Assembly (NCBI GenBank): GCA_963663765.2 | Contig: CAXXUA010000011.1 | Coordinates: 96,001-160,000, forward strand | Length of the DNA: 64,000 nt | Reading direction: 5' to 3' | From: Candidatus Poribacteria bacterium | GTDB lineage: Bacteria > Poribacteria > WGA-4E > WGA-3G | In this document: in pieces, positions 29,951 to 40,547 of the stretch | Layout: each line of letters opens with the position of its first letter | Numbering within the stretch: the first letter of the stretch is position 1 | Position numbers and translations under genes: made by a program | Notes under the pieces: model-generated | What the model was told of the DNA's origin: nothing | Seen by the model: only the letters and a program-made list of their open reading frames with translations | The model's database searches: none

Positions 29951-30745
29951 TTAGACATCTAAAACACTTTCAATAAATTTGAGGCTTTTTAAGTTCCTTC
30001 CGGTATGGTATTTGATGAAACGACTAAGTATCATTTTGAGTTCAAAATGATTTTGGGTCGAAGCGCGTAAACTCTTTAATTTATGCAACTCAATTTTTCT
30101 AAGTGTTTTTAACAATTCAGAACTTCCGGGTGATATTGTGAACGCAGATGGATCTCTGGAATTGCAGTTATCACATAGCATTCCGCCGGTTAAAACACTG
30201 AAGTAAAGTATGGGGGTTTGAGTTGTTGATTGAGATGACTTCTGAATGAAGGACGGAGTTATATCTGTTCCACAATTTGCACATATGGAAAGTTGTGGTG
30301 CGAATCCTGAAAGGTCAAGAAACTTAATTTCAAAATACCGTGCAAGTAATGACACATCATGTATATCTTCTAACAATTGGAATGAATTGCGAAGGAGGGC
30401 AAATATCTCAGAGTTCGCATCCCCTTCTGAAGCGACAGCATCAACCAATTCAGCTAAATAGCAACCGTACGAAATACGCGCAAAATCTGTACGTATACCG
30501 TCAAAACCTTCAATAAGTTCAAATCCTGAAAGGCTTTGTAAATCTCTATTTTCACGATAATTAAAAAGAAGCATACCGTGATTAAGTAGTTCTAAACTTC
30601 CGCTAAGTTTATTCTTTGGACTTTTTATACCATAAGCTACGGCTTTAATTTTCCCGAAATCGGTCGTATAAAAAGTGATGATTTTGTCAGCTTCACGTAT
30701 GGGAAAAGCACGCAATACAATAGCTGCAGTTTTTTGAGTTGGCAT
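29951..30745 (-). CDS. recO: DNA repair protein RecO
   Basis: AIVLR...EADKI...GKI..VAYG, GFAPQLSICANCG, GGMLCDNC, LKSL. Confidence 0.95.
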   Translation of the reverse strand: MPTQKTAAIVLRAFPIREADKIITFYTTDFGKIKAVAYGIKSPKNKLSGSLELLNHGMLLFNYRENRDLQSLSGFELIEGFDGIRTDFARISYGCYLAELVDAVASEGDANSEIFALLRNSFQLLEDIHDVSLLARYFEIKFLDLSGFAPQLSICANCGTDITPSFIQKSSQSTTQTPILYFSVLTGGMLCDNCNSRDPSAFTISPGSSELLKTLRKIELHKLKSLRASTQNHFELKMILSRFIKYHTGRNLKSLKFIESVLDV

Positions 30746-30784
30746 GTTTCAATATTTGATGATGTCTCAATAGGTGTGGGTAGA

Positions 30785-30859
<75 letters not shown>

Positions 30860-30871
30860 TTCTCTCATATA

Positions 30872-30900
30872 ATTATATCTTACTTTGCTAACAATGTCAA
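30872..30900 (-). promoter_or_regulatory. Consensus sigma70 promoter of tRNA-Pro/recO
   Basis: TTGACA-17bp-TATAAT, 12 bp upstream of the tRNA. Confidence 0.8.
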
Positions 30901-30913
30901 ATCAAAATACATA

Positions 30914-32185
30914 TCATGAATCAGAGTCAAGAGTACTCATCTTTGGCATTTGTATTTTTACTCGTTGAATTCGCCGTTCGTCTGCTTCCAAAATTGTGAA
31001 TTCTATTCCTTTGTATGTGAAAACTGTATCTATTGCTGGTACTCTTCCAAGGTGGTCAACAATGTAACCACCGATAGTATCAATACTCTCGGCATCAAGT
31101 TCAGTATCCAATCTCTCATTTAATTCATCCAAGTTCATTCTTGCATCAATAGAAAAGGTGTCAGGAGCAATTTCTATGTATGCGTCTTCTTCATCTATTT
31201 CATCTTCATCTTGGATTTCACCAACAATCTCTTCAATAATATTCTCAAGTGTTACAATGCCTGCAGTTCCACCATACTCATCAACAACAATAGCAATATG
31301 CTGTTTGTGTCCTCGAAGTTCTCGAAACAATTCAGAAATATTTTTACTTTCAGGTGTAAAAAATGGTGAACGGTCAACAATGAGTTCTTCAAGTTTAATC
31401 GGTGTGTCATCTGCCCAACAATCCAACATGTCCTTGACATGCAATATACCTACAATTTGATCGATTGTCTCTTCGTAAATCGGAATTCTTGTATGACGAC
31501 ATGCAATCGTAGTCTGTAAAACTTCATCAGCAGGTGTTCCCACCTCAAGACACACCATGTCCGTTCGTGCTACCATGATTTCTCTCACAACTTTATCTGG
31601 CAGATCTAAAATACGTGAAATCATTTCACGGTTATCTTGATTTATCAAATCCATGCTTTGGGCAACATTATCAAGAGTTTCCAAAACCTCCGGTGAAACA
31701 AGACTATCTTGAACAGATGTTACCTTACCACCACAGATGCGGATAAATAAATTCACAAGAAAATTCAGAGGAATTAAAATTACAAATCCACCTAAATAAA
31801 CTATACGTAACGCACGCAAAGCATGAATAGTCGTTCCACTGGAACTATTCTGTACATAGTTTTTTGGGAATAGTTCTGTAAAAATAACAAGAAACAACAC
31901 TGCGATTATACCCGCCAAGATAAGGTTATCCCAAAAGGACATAAACAGAATTACACTACCAACCATTAGTAATGTTTTTGCTGTAATTATGGTCAATGAG
32001 TAACGCCGTGGGTAATGTAACAGTGAAGTCAATACTTCATAACGTCTACCGCCTTCTTCAGCAAATTCTAATATATTCGTACGAGTTAGACGCGCAAGTA
32101 AAGCTTCAGCAGCGGAAAACAAAGCATTAAAAATTAACAGAACACCCAGAATAACTATTCTTAATATTATATGATGGTCATCCAA
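30914..32185 (-). CDS. Hemolysin/CNNM-CBS-CorC family membrane protein
   Basis: FSAAE, ELFPK, IMVARTDM, HTRIPIY, VVDEYGGTAGIVTLE.IIEEIVGEI.DE. Confidence 0.93.
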   Translation of the reverse strand: MDDHHIILRIVILGVLLIFNALFSAAEALLARLTRTNILEFAEEGGRRYEVLTSLLHYPRRYSLTIITAKTLLMVGSVILFMSFWDNLILAGIIAVLFLVIFTELFPKNYVQNSSSGTTIHALRALRIVYLGGFVILIPLNFLVNLFIRICGGKVTSVQDSLVSPEVLETLDNVAQSMDLINQDNREMISRILDLPDKVVREIMVARTDMVCLEVGTPADEVLQTTIACRHTRIPIYEETIDQIVGILHVKDMLDCWADDTPIKLEELIVDRSPFFTPESKNISELFRELRGHKQHIAIVVDEYGGTAGIVTLENIIEEIVGEIQDEDEIDEEDAYIEIAPDTFSIDARMNLDELNERLDTELDAESIDTIGGYIVDHLGRVPAIDTVFTYKGIEFTILEADERRIQRVKIQMPKMSTLDSDS

Positions 32186-32266
32186 ATGTTAAATCACACC
32201 TCCGTGCGTAATTAAATTGTAGTCTCTTGTAGATAAATGACACTATTATGAATTGAACTACATTCT

Positions 32267-32895
32267 TATACCAATTCAAATAAATCTTGTCTCATTAAGG
32301 AATTCTACTGTTTACTGGCAGGTGGTTACTCTCTTCGGTAGGAGCGACCTCCCGGTCGCGACCGTGAGGTCGCTCCTACCAGATTTCCACTGCTAATGAG
32401 ACATTATCACATGAAAATGGTATTATACCAATTCAAATAAATCTTGTCTCATTAAGGAATTCTACTGTTTACTGGCAGGGGGTTACTCTCTTCGGTAGGA
32501 GCGACCTCCCGGTCGCGACCGTGAGGTCGCTCCTACCAGATTTCCGCTGCTAATGAGACATTATCACATGAAAATGGTATTTTACCAATTCAAATAAATC
32601 TTGTCTCATTAAGGAATTCTACTGTTTACTGGCAAGGGGTTACTCTCTTCGGTAGGAGCGACCTCCCGGTCGTGACCGTAAGGTTGCTCCTACCAGATTT
32701 CCGCTGCTAATGAGACATTATCACATGAAAATGGTATTTTACCAATTCAAATAAATCTTGTCTCATTAAGGAATTCTACTGTTTACTGGCAGTGGGTTAC
32801 TCTCTTCGGTAGGAGCGACCTCCCGGTCGCGACCGTGATGTTGCTCCTACCAGATTTCCGCTGCTAATAAGACATTATCACATGAAAATGGTATT
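32267..32895. repeat. 4 x 157-bp head-to-tail copies of a whole MITE-like element
   Basis: CCAATTC at 32271, 32428, 32585 and 32742; single copy at 16260. Confidence 0.93.
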
Positions 32896-33073
32896 ATATA
32901 GTACTTGTGACAAGACTCTAAATTTACTTTCTATACAGGTTTTACGCAGTTTACATGATCCAACCAAGAATGATGGCGAAAATGAGGTAAGTTTCAGCAG
33001 TTTTTTAGTTTCCAGTACCCATCAAGAAATCAACGGTATGAATGCAATTTAGGTATTCACACTCGCCTAACGT

Positions 33074-33523
33074 TTAGTTCGTAATTCCTGATACAGATAA
33101 CTCATGTAGGATAGAATTCTGTTTATCAAACATTATTGTAGCTTCTTCAGCCGTTTGATGGTCATATCCCAGCAAGTGCAGTACGCCGTGAACAGTCAAG
33201 AGTGTTACCTCATTTTCAAGTGAATGGTCAGCTTTCAGTGCTTGCCGTTCCGCGGTTTCCATAGAGATGACAACATCTCCAAGGATATCGGAATTCATCA
33301 AATCTGAATCTTTACCTTCAAGTTGAGAAAATGCTAATACATCTGTAGGTGAATTGATGCCACGATAATCACGGTTCAATTCTGTTATACATGAATCGCC
33401 TGTTAACAATATACTTACTTCTTTGTCAACTTTCTCATGTGCGTTTAAAGTAACTAAAACAGATTGATAGACAATGTCAACATCAAAAAAACTATAATTA
33501 CTGACATTAGTAATATCTATCAC
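33074..33523 (-). CDS. ybeY: rRNA maturation endoribonuclease YbeY
   Basis: LNRDYRG..PTDVLAF, LGDVVIS, HGVLHLLGYDH. Confidence 0.96.
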   Translation of the reverse strand: MIDITNVSNYSFFDVDIVYQSVLVTLNAHEKVDKEVSILLTGDSCITELNRDYRGINSPTDVLAFSQLEGKDSDLMNSDILGDVVISMETAERQALKADHSLENEVTLLTVHGVLHLLGYDHQTAEEATIMFDKQNSILHELSVSGITN

Positions 33524-34539
33524 ACCTCTTTTCCTTCAGATTTCTCATCAAATTCAGCCACTAAAGGTTTATTGTTTGCGATTGATGAATTTTCATAAGC
33601 CTCAATAATACGTTGAACTAATTCATGACGTACAACGTCAACTCTTGTAAAATAAATAAATTGTATACCATTAATTCCTGAAAGTACTTCTTGGGCATCA
33701 GCGAGTCCAGAAATTTTATGAGTAGGCAGATCGGTCTGTGTAATGTCTCCAGTGATGACTGCTTTTGAATCAAACCCGAGTCGTGTTAGGAACATCTTCA
33801 TTTGCTCAATAGTAGCATTCTGCGCTTCATCAAGTACTACAAAAGAATTGTTGAGTGTTCTCCCCCTCATAAAAGCAATCGGAGCGACTTCTATTATATT
33901 ACGTTCAATATAATTGTCAAGAGTATCTGGAGGAATCATATCGTATAATGCATCATACAGGGGACGTAGATATGGATGTACCTTTGCAGCGATATCACCC
34001 GGTAGAAATCCGAGCCGTTCTCCTGCTTCCACTGCTGGTCGTGTCAAGATGATACGGCTTACTTCGCCCTTTTTTAGCGCAGATACAGCCATCGCCATTG
34101 CCAAGTATGTTTTGCCCGTTCCTGCCGGACCAATACCAAACACAAGATCGTTATTTATGATCGCTTCAACATATCTTCTCTGTCCAGCAGTCTTAGGACG
34201 AATCGTACCGCGTTTAGAAAACACAGGAATAGATTCTGTAGGTTTTTTGTCTAATGTTTCTACACCATTTTCTGTTGTTACACGAATAGCGTAGTTGACA
34301 TCAGTCGTTTGAATTCGTTCTCCTTTGCGGATACGATGGAGAAGCGATTCCAATACAGCTACGACCCTATTAACCTCTGATACGTTTTCGCCAAGCACAG
34401 CGATTCTATCGCTTTTTAAAACAACACGTACATTAAAAGCTTCTTCAATGATCTTTAAGAAAGCATCACTATGTCCAAATAGAACTTGAACTTCAGCGTT
34501 GTTCTGTATAGGAACGCCTTTTGATTCTTGTTTTTGCAA
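33520..34539 (-). CDS. phoH: PhoH-family ATPase (YbeZ)
   Basis: GPAGTGKTYLA, RPAVEAGERLGFLPGD, FMRGRTL, DEAQN; adjacent to ybeY. Confidence 0.95.
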   Translation of the reverse strand: MQKQESKGVPIQNNAEVQVLFGHSDAFLKIIEEAFNVRVVLKSDRIAVLGENVSEVNRVVAVLESLLHRIRKGERIQTTDVNYAIRVTTENGVETLDKKPTESIPVFSKRGTIRPKTAGQRRYVEAIINNDLVFGIGPAGTGKTYLAMAMAVSALKKGEVSRIILTRPAVEAGERLGFLPGDIAAKVHPYLRPLYDALYDMIPPDTLDNYIERNIIEVAPIAFMRGRTLNNSFVVLDEAQNATIEQMKMFLTRLGFDSKAVITGDITQTDLPTHKISGLADAQEVLSGINGIQFIYFTRVDVVRHELVQRIIEAYENSSIANNKPLVAEFDEKSEGKEV

Positions 34540-34659
34540 TCGGGTTTAATTCCTCCAAGAAAGTTATGTGTTGCAGCTAACACAATTGAGTAGGATTGTA
34601 TAACGAAATAAATGATTTGATTATTATACAATTATATGTTGGCTAATACAAGCAGATTC

Positions 34660-35289
34660 TTACATACGTTCAAAGAACTTAACCTCGCGAACTTTAGCCC
34701 CTTTCAATGGGGTGTGAACTTCATAGGCATAATCGTGTTCTTTTCTGTCTACCCGTTTCTTATTTTTAAAATCTTCAATGCCCTCTGCAGTTAGACGTAA
34801 ATATAAGACCTTCTGTCTAATATCAAATCGCACTACTTGATAGTTCTTTATGTTTGAATGACGTTTTTCTCGGACTTCAACAAATGAATTTCTCCATGTC
34901 GGTGATTTTTCTTCGGCTGAGAAATCAATAGCAAGTTTTGGAATATCAGAACCTGAGTGAATTTCAATATATGCGATATAGGTGGGTTTATCAAGTTTGA
35001 TCAGTGTATTAGTTTTCAGAGAACCATCAAGAATTACCTTGTATTTCTTTGGATTTGCATTGTAAACAGCGGAATTTCGCTCAAAAAAGACTTTCCGAAT
35101 TTTTCCCTTAGATCGAAACGTACCCACTGTTTCTAATTTACCATCAACCATTTCTGGATTCGTAGTACAAGATAACCGTGATGGAACTACTTCTACAACT
35201 GGTGAATTTGACAGTAATGCACATCCTGTCAGACTCAATTGAACAAATAATAACGCAATAAAACTTATACTCGCAATTTTATTGCCCAT
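34660..35289 (-). CDS. Putative lipoprotein, paralog of the upstream gene
   Basis: Lipobox LTGC; shares C.TNPE.VDG..ET and PL.GA..REVKF with the 35279 gene. Confidence 0.75.
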   Translation of the reverse strand: MGNKIASISFIALLFVQLSLTGCALLSNSPVVEVVPSRLSCTTNPEMVDGKLETVGTFRSKGKIRKVFFERNSAVYNANPKKYKVILDGSLKTNTLIKLDKPTYIAYIEIHSGSDIPKLAIDFSAEEKSPTWRNSFVEVREKRHSNIKNYQVVRFDIRQKVLYLRLTAEGIEDFKNKKRVDRKEHDYAYEVHTPLKGAKVREVKFFERM

Positions 35290-35920
35290 AGAATTTAACC
35301 TCACGAATTGATGCGCCAGTTAGTGGTACGCGTATTCGTGCATCTTTGTCTTTAAGTTTTTGTTCCGATTGTTTTTGGTACTTAACTTTTTCTGGTAGAA
35401 TCTCACGGATGGCGTTTTGCTTATCTTCAATACCATCTGCTGCCAATCGTAAGTAAAGAAGTTCACGATTGATTTGGATTCTGATGGATTGTTTATTCTC
35501 TAAGGTTGTATGAAGCTTATCGTGTACCACTTCAAATGATGTGTCAAAATTTGGTGGGTCTTCCAAAGTTGTCATGAGTGATACATTCGGGACACGAGAT
35601 TCTGGATATATCTCTATGTATGAAACATAAATTGGAGAATTCAGTTTAATAACTGCAAATGTACGACGGCTACCTTCAACTTGTGTTATATATTTTCTTG
35701 TACCACTACTAACAGAATTTCCTTCATAGAATGTTTGATACCTTTTTTCAAGGTGACCATGTATAGCAAAAGCACTTGCAGTTTCAATATTTCCATCAAC
35801 AAATTCAGGATTAGTTTCACAAGTTAAGTGCAATGGAGCAATTTCAAAAATTGGTTGGTTCAGAACAGCACATCCAATTATACCAATAAGTAAGAGAAAA
35901 AAAGTGGTTAAAATTCTCAT
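35279..35920 (-). CDS. Putative lipoprotein
   Basis: Lipobox IIGC, GGAG RBS, paralogous motifs. Confidence 0.75.
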   Translation of the reverse strand: MRILTTFFLLLIGIIGCAVLNQPIFEIAPLHLTCETNPEFVDGNIETASAFAIHGHLEKRYQTFYEGNSVSSGTRKYITQVEGSRRTFAVIKLNSPIYVSYIEIYPESRVPNVSLMTTLEDPPNFDTSFEVVHDKLHTTLENKQSIRIQINRELLYLRLAADGIEDKQNAIREILPEKVKYQKQSEQKLKDKDARIRVPLTGASIREVKFYGQ

Positions 35921-36090
35921 GTGATTTCTCCATATTTGATTAAAAATGTTTATACAACCTACCCCACAAATCGTGGGAGGGGCTTCTACCCCATTTTACA
36001 GGACACGCGATTCTGTGAATTTGGACAAAATTGCATTTATGAGATACGTTGTACATTTAGGTTGAAAATGTAAATAATAACTCTTTTTGT

Positions 36091-37146
36091 TCAAGGAAAT
36101 AGGGGCGATGGAATATCAACATTATACCGTTTAGCAGCTTCCAATAACTTTTCCCATGTAGGTTCCTCTATTGGAATACCTTCTTTTAATCGTTTTTCTC
36201 GACTACGTTGTTCAAAGTCACCTGGTAGATAAATTTCGTCAACATCTGGTAATCTTGCAGAGGACTTAACCCACTCCACAAGATATTCAATTTCCTGTTC
36301 ATAGTCTTGTAATTCAATAAAGTCCTTTATATTAATTGCAAACATCACGATACCGCTTGCACCACGTGTGGGTTTCTCGCGACTACATCCTGCCCATGAG
36401 AGTCCTCCTGCAATTGCATCTATCATCACACCAAGTCCAAAACCTTTGTGTCCAAACTGAAAACCACCAAGTGGCATTACTGCTGAATCTTGTGGTCTTT
36501 CGCGAAACACATTAGGATCTGTAATTGAATTACCATCAGTATCAATCATCCATCCCTCAGGTATAGATTCACCACGTGCGGATTGCACCAAAAATTTCCC
36601 TCCCGCAACAACACTAAGGGTCATATCTAACAACAAGGGTTCACCGTTTGCACGAGGTACTGAAATAGCAATCGGATTCGGTGGAAGTCTTCTTGAAGTT
36701 CCTCCGTGAGGATGCATGAACCTTCCACCTCCATTCAGCAAGACAATCCCTATCATTCCTGCACGCGCAGCAATGGGTGGATATTCTCCCATTCGACCAG
36801 CATGTCCACAGCGATGCAGTCCCACTGCACCAATGGTGCAGTGTTGTGCTTTTTTGACTGCTAACTCCATACCCCTTCGTGCTGCCACCATACCCAGCGC
36901 GCCGTTCACATTTATTACCGTAGCTGCCCCACTCTCTCTAACAATCTCCATTTTGTCGGATGCTGGTCCATGTGCCATTCCACCGATGTAATTGGTCGCG
37001 TTAATCACACCATGAGAATCGTGTCCTGCTAAATTTGAATCAACCACATGATTACTGACAATACGCGCATCTTCTTCAGTTCCACCCGCACCCAAATAAA
37101 TATTATAGACAAATTTCCTCAAAATAGTGTGAGATACTATCGGCAT
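36091..37146 (-). CDS. Ldh_2 (malate/L-lactate/ureidoglycolate dehydrogenase) family oxidoreductase
   Basis: GHDSHG, H.GRMG.Y, NPIA, GHKGFGL, YLPGD. Start at MPIVS (RBS GAGGAG). Confidence 0.92.
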   Translation of the reverse strand: MPIVSHTILRKFVYNIYLGAGGTEEDARIVSNHVVDSNLAGHDSHGVINATNYIGGMAHGPASDKMEIVRESGAATVINVNGALGMVAARRGMELAVKKAQHCTIGAVGLHRCGHAGRMGEYPPIAARAGMIGIVLLNGGGRFMHPHGGTSRRLPPNPIAISVPRANGEPLLLDMTLSVVAGGKFLVQSARGESIPEGWMIDTDGNSITDPNVFRERPQDSAVMPLGGFQFGHKGFGLGVMIDAIAGGLSWAGCSREKPTRGASGIVMFAINIKDFIELQDYEQEIEYLVEWVKSSARLPDVDEIYLPGDFEQRSREKRLKEGIPIEEPTWEKLLEAAKRYNVDIPSPLFP

Positions 37147-37384
37147 ACATACTCCTCTATGCAATTAAATCTTCTCATGTGTGGTGTGATGACATATATC
37201 ATTTGTTACACAATTTTAAAGCAGGTGCATATATAATGCAACCACTGATATTTGATTCTCCAAATTGTGAAATTACTTCCACCCAATTTAAAAATAATAG
37301 GAATGTTTTCTAACCCCGATTTAACAGACACACGATCCGGTGAATTTGGATAAAACCGCATTTATGAGATCCACTGTATTTCTT

Positions 37385-37542
37385 CAGGACTTACGCAAAA
37401 ACTGTAGGCGGTGAATGCCTAAATGGCATTCATACCGTTGATTTGGTGCTTTGTAAGCGCGCTGGAAACCCATAAAAACGCTGATAATTGCATCATTTTC
37501 GTCATAATTCTTGATTAAATCAAGAAAACTGCGTAAGTCCTA
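37385..37542. mobile_element. MITE-like element, TIR CAGGACTTACGCA/TGCGTAAGTCCT
   Basis: Homologous end to end with 44107-44228, plus a 36-bp insertion. Confidence 0.8.
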
Positions 37543-37603
37543 TTCTAATGTAAATTTAAGTATAGCATATTTACACAGAATACACAATGTAACAGACTGA
37601 TAA

Positions 37604-38422
37604 TCAATTTTGACGAAATCCTGTTTCTGTTCTGAACCAATTTATTCCTTGGTCTGGTTCTCGGAAGGGAATATTTCTTCCCAAAAGTTGTTTAAGAATA
37701 TCACTTTCACCAGATAAAGTATCTTCACTTAACTGTCTTGCCATATCCTCTTGTGGATATATCACAGACCGATTATACATACCGAGTAACCCAATTCTTG
37801 AACTGTCAGTTGAATTCGGAAGACATTGATGCCAGATTGATCCGTTTGTGAACAGAATTGAACCCTGGGGTGCGGTTGCAGCATGCATCTCAAGTCCTTC
37901 TGCCTCTCCCAATTTTGGTCTACGAAGCGTTTTGTGAGAACCAGCAATACAAGCAGTTGCACCATTTTCTCCAGTGAAATCATCTAACATCCACACAGTT
38001 TGACCAGTTAGAAAACCCAATGGATACGGTTGTTGCATTGACCAATAAGGATAGTCAACATGCCACCCACCTTGTGGTGCACCAGGACCAACAATATTAG
38101 CTGTGAATGTAGATGCTATCACATCTTCACCAAGCATCCGCTTCCAGACTGCAACTACAGTGGGATGTTGAATAAGTCTACGGAAGATCGGTGATTTCCC
38201 AACAATTCCCCAGACACGTCGGATCTTACCATTTCCATAAGTATGGTCTCGACCATTATCAATGTCCTCCTCAACCAATTCCAAAATTACTTCACGTGCT
38301 TCATCCGCTTCTTGCTTTGAAATTACATTCTCAATAATATGAAAACCTACTTCACGCAGATCATGTTCAACATTATCAAGTTGTTCTGAGTTTAATGCAG
38401 ACTTAATTTGCAATATTTCCAC
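37604..38422 (-). CDS. PhyH-family dioxygenase
   Basis: GFHIIENV, WHVD, WMLDDFT.ENGAT..IAGSH, WH...N....R. Confidence 0.9.
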   Translation of the reverse strand: MEILQIKSALNSEQLDNVEHDLREVGFHIIENVISKQEADEAREVILELVEEDIDNGRDHTYGNGKIRRVWGIVGKSPIFRRLIQHPTVVAVWKRMLGEDVIASTFTANIVGPGAPQGGWHVDYPYWSMQQPYPLGFLTGQTVWMLDDFTGENGATACIAGSHKTLRRPKLGEAEGLEMHAATAPQGSILFTNGSIWHQCLPNSTDSSRIGLLGMYNRSVIYPQEDMARQLSEDTLSGESDILKQLLGRNIPFREPDQGINWFRTETGFRQN

Positions 38423-39196
38423 CTTTTTTGATGTTTATGAAAAAGATTTCAAAAAGCAACTCACAAATTACCAAGGGAAAAGAAAAAGCATTATAAATTA
38501 TTGACAGATTGTTTTCTTGTTTGTTAATTTACATTTAATTCCTTAATTTATCAAGTAGAATCATGCAGAGGCATTCAATTGTCACTATACATCTTTGCGG
38601 GAGTGCTTTCCATCCCCGATTTCTGAATCATGTATGACGCGAAATGCACAAATCAAAAACCTTTGATGAGGTAAATCCTGAAAATCTGGAAATACCGGGG
38701 AATACCATAAGGCATTCATACCCGACGAATGCCATAGGCGCAATCGGCGTTGATTTGGGGGAATGCTTTATAGCATTCATACCGTTGATTTCTTGATTTG
38801 TCCATCCTGGTTCAGACGAACTATCTTCTCCGCGCAATCCGCGTAATCCGAGATTTCGCACCCACCCTCTTGTGGAAGGGGTTTCCAACCCCGATCCTTC
38901 ATCCGGTAGGAGCGACCTCCTGGTCGCGACCGTATTCGGATTTATCGCAAAGCTGCTTTCTTAGAAAATGCTTATTCTATGCCAAGAAACCTAATGAAGA
39001 GGTCTTATCCTGAAAATCTGTAAATCCTGTAAATCCTGGTTCAGACAAAAAAACAAGCAAAAAACCTAATGCAGAGGTCTTATCCTGAAATCCTGAAAAT
39101 CTGTAAATCCTGGTTCAGACAAGAAAACACATAAACCATGAACAAAAAACAAAAAAACCAAGCAAAAAAATAACAAACCCGAAAAATCTACTTTAC

Positions 39197-39225
39197 TTGA
39201 CAATAACACAATTATGTATTAGAAT
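39197..39225 (+). promoter_or_regulatory. Sigma70 promoter of argJ
   Basis: TTGACA-17bp-TAGAAT upstream of the AAGGAG RBS. Confidence 0.65.
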
Positions 39226-39254
39226 TACAAATAGAATATGCTAAGGAGCGAACG

Positions 39255-40460
39255 ATGAAACAAATTGATGGAGGAATAACCGCAGTCAAAGGAATACAAG
39301 CTGCAGGTATTCATGCAGGAATCAAAAAAACAGAAACGAAAGATATAGCACTAATCTATACCGAAAAACCCGCAATAGCAGCAGGTGTGTTCACCAAGAA
39401 CAGTGTCACCGCTGCCCCTGTTTTGGTAAGTAGACATCATCTAAAAAATACCACTGCACAAGCAATTGTAATCAACAGTGGAAACGCAAACGCTTGCACT
39501 GGTGAGATCGGATTAGAAAATGCATATCGTATGACAACTATTGTTGCAGAATGTATGGGTATAGATAAAGAACTTGTACTTGTTTCATCAACAGGCGTTA
39601 TTGGGCAGCAATTACCAATGGATAAGATTGAAAAGGGCATTCATTCTGTAGTAGATTCACTACACAGTGATGGCGGTGGAGATGCAGCTGAAGCAATCAT
39701 GACAACAGACACACATCCAAAATCCGTTGCCATTGAAACAAAAATCGGTGGGAAACCTGTGAGAATCGGCGGAATTGCAAAAGGTTCAGGGATGCTCGCT
39801 CCGAATATGGCGACAATGCTCTCATACTTGACGACCGATGCACGGATAGATAGTAATTTGCTCCAATCAGCATTAAATACCGTCGTTGATAATACATACA
39901 ATCTATTAACAGTTGATACTGACAGAAGCACTAACGATACTGTGATTATATTAGCAACTGGAAATGCTGAACATTCAGAAATTGTTCAAAACAATGGTGA
40001 GGATTACAAAGCGTTTTGTGAAGGCTTACAATTTGTCTGTACAGAATTAGTGAAAATGTTAGCAAGAGATGGTGAAGGCGCTACTAAACTTGTTGAAGTC
40101 GTCGTGGAACATGCAAAAAACAGAGAAGATGCTGAGAAAGCCGCACGTGCAGTTGCAGAATCACCACTCGTAAAGACCGCAGTCTTCGCAAATGACGCAA
40201 ATTGGGGACGCATAATGATGGCTATCGGAAAATCGGGAGCCGAGTTTGATCCATACAAAGTAAACGTCCTACTCAATAATTATCCGCTCGTTCAAAATGG
40301 AATGGATGCAGGATACGATGAGAAAAAGGCTACACAATTATTTGACAATGACCCAGTACGGATTACAATTGATTTACAAGCAGGTAATGCTGACATCACA
40401 ATGTGGACTTGCGATTATTCCTACGATTATATCCGCATCAATGCTGATTACAGAACATAA
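39255..40460 (+). CDS. argJ: Bifunctional glutamate N-acetyltransferase ArgJ
   Basis: NSGNANACTG, STGVIG, IMTTDT, AKGSGMLAPNMATML, STNDT, DGEGATK, NWGRI, INADYRT. Confidence 0.98.
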   Translation: MKQIDGGITAVKGIQAAGIHAGIKKTETKDIALIYTEKPAIAAGVFTKNSVTAAPVLVSRHHLKNTTAQAIVINSGNANACTGEIGLENAYRMTTIVAECMGIDKELVLVSSTGVIGQQLPMDKIEKGIHSVVDSLHSDGGGDAAEAIMTTDTHPKSVAIETKIGGKPVRIGGIAKGSGMLAPNMATMLSYLTTDARIDSNLLQSALNTVVDNTYNLLTVDTDRSTNDTVIILATGNAEHSEIVQNNGEDYKAFCEGLQFVCTELVKMLARDGEGATKLVEVVVEHAKNREDAEKAARAVAESPLVKTAVFANDANWGRIMMAIGKSGAEFDPYKVNVLLNNYPLVQNGMDAGYDEKKATQLFDNDPVRITIDLQAGNADITMWTCDYSYDYIRINADYRT

Positions 40461-40547
40461 TTATCCAAATATTAACTGTTATCTCCGACATTTACTAATG
40501 ATAGAATTTCTTGTCGGAGGGATTTTCATCCCCGATTTGAGACGCTT

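Noticed and set aside
38628-39013. Short ORFs upstream of argJ
   Set aside because: Made of dispersed repeats (AATCCTG...GGTTCAGAC, GAATGC hairpins, GTAG REPs)
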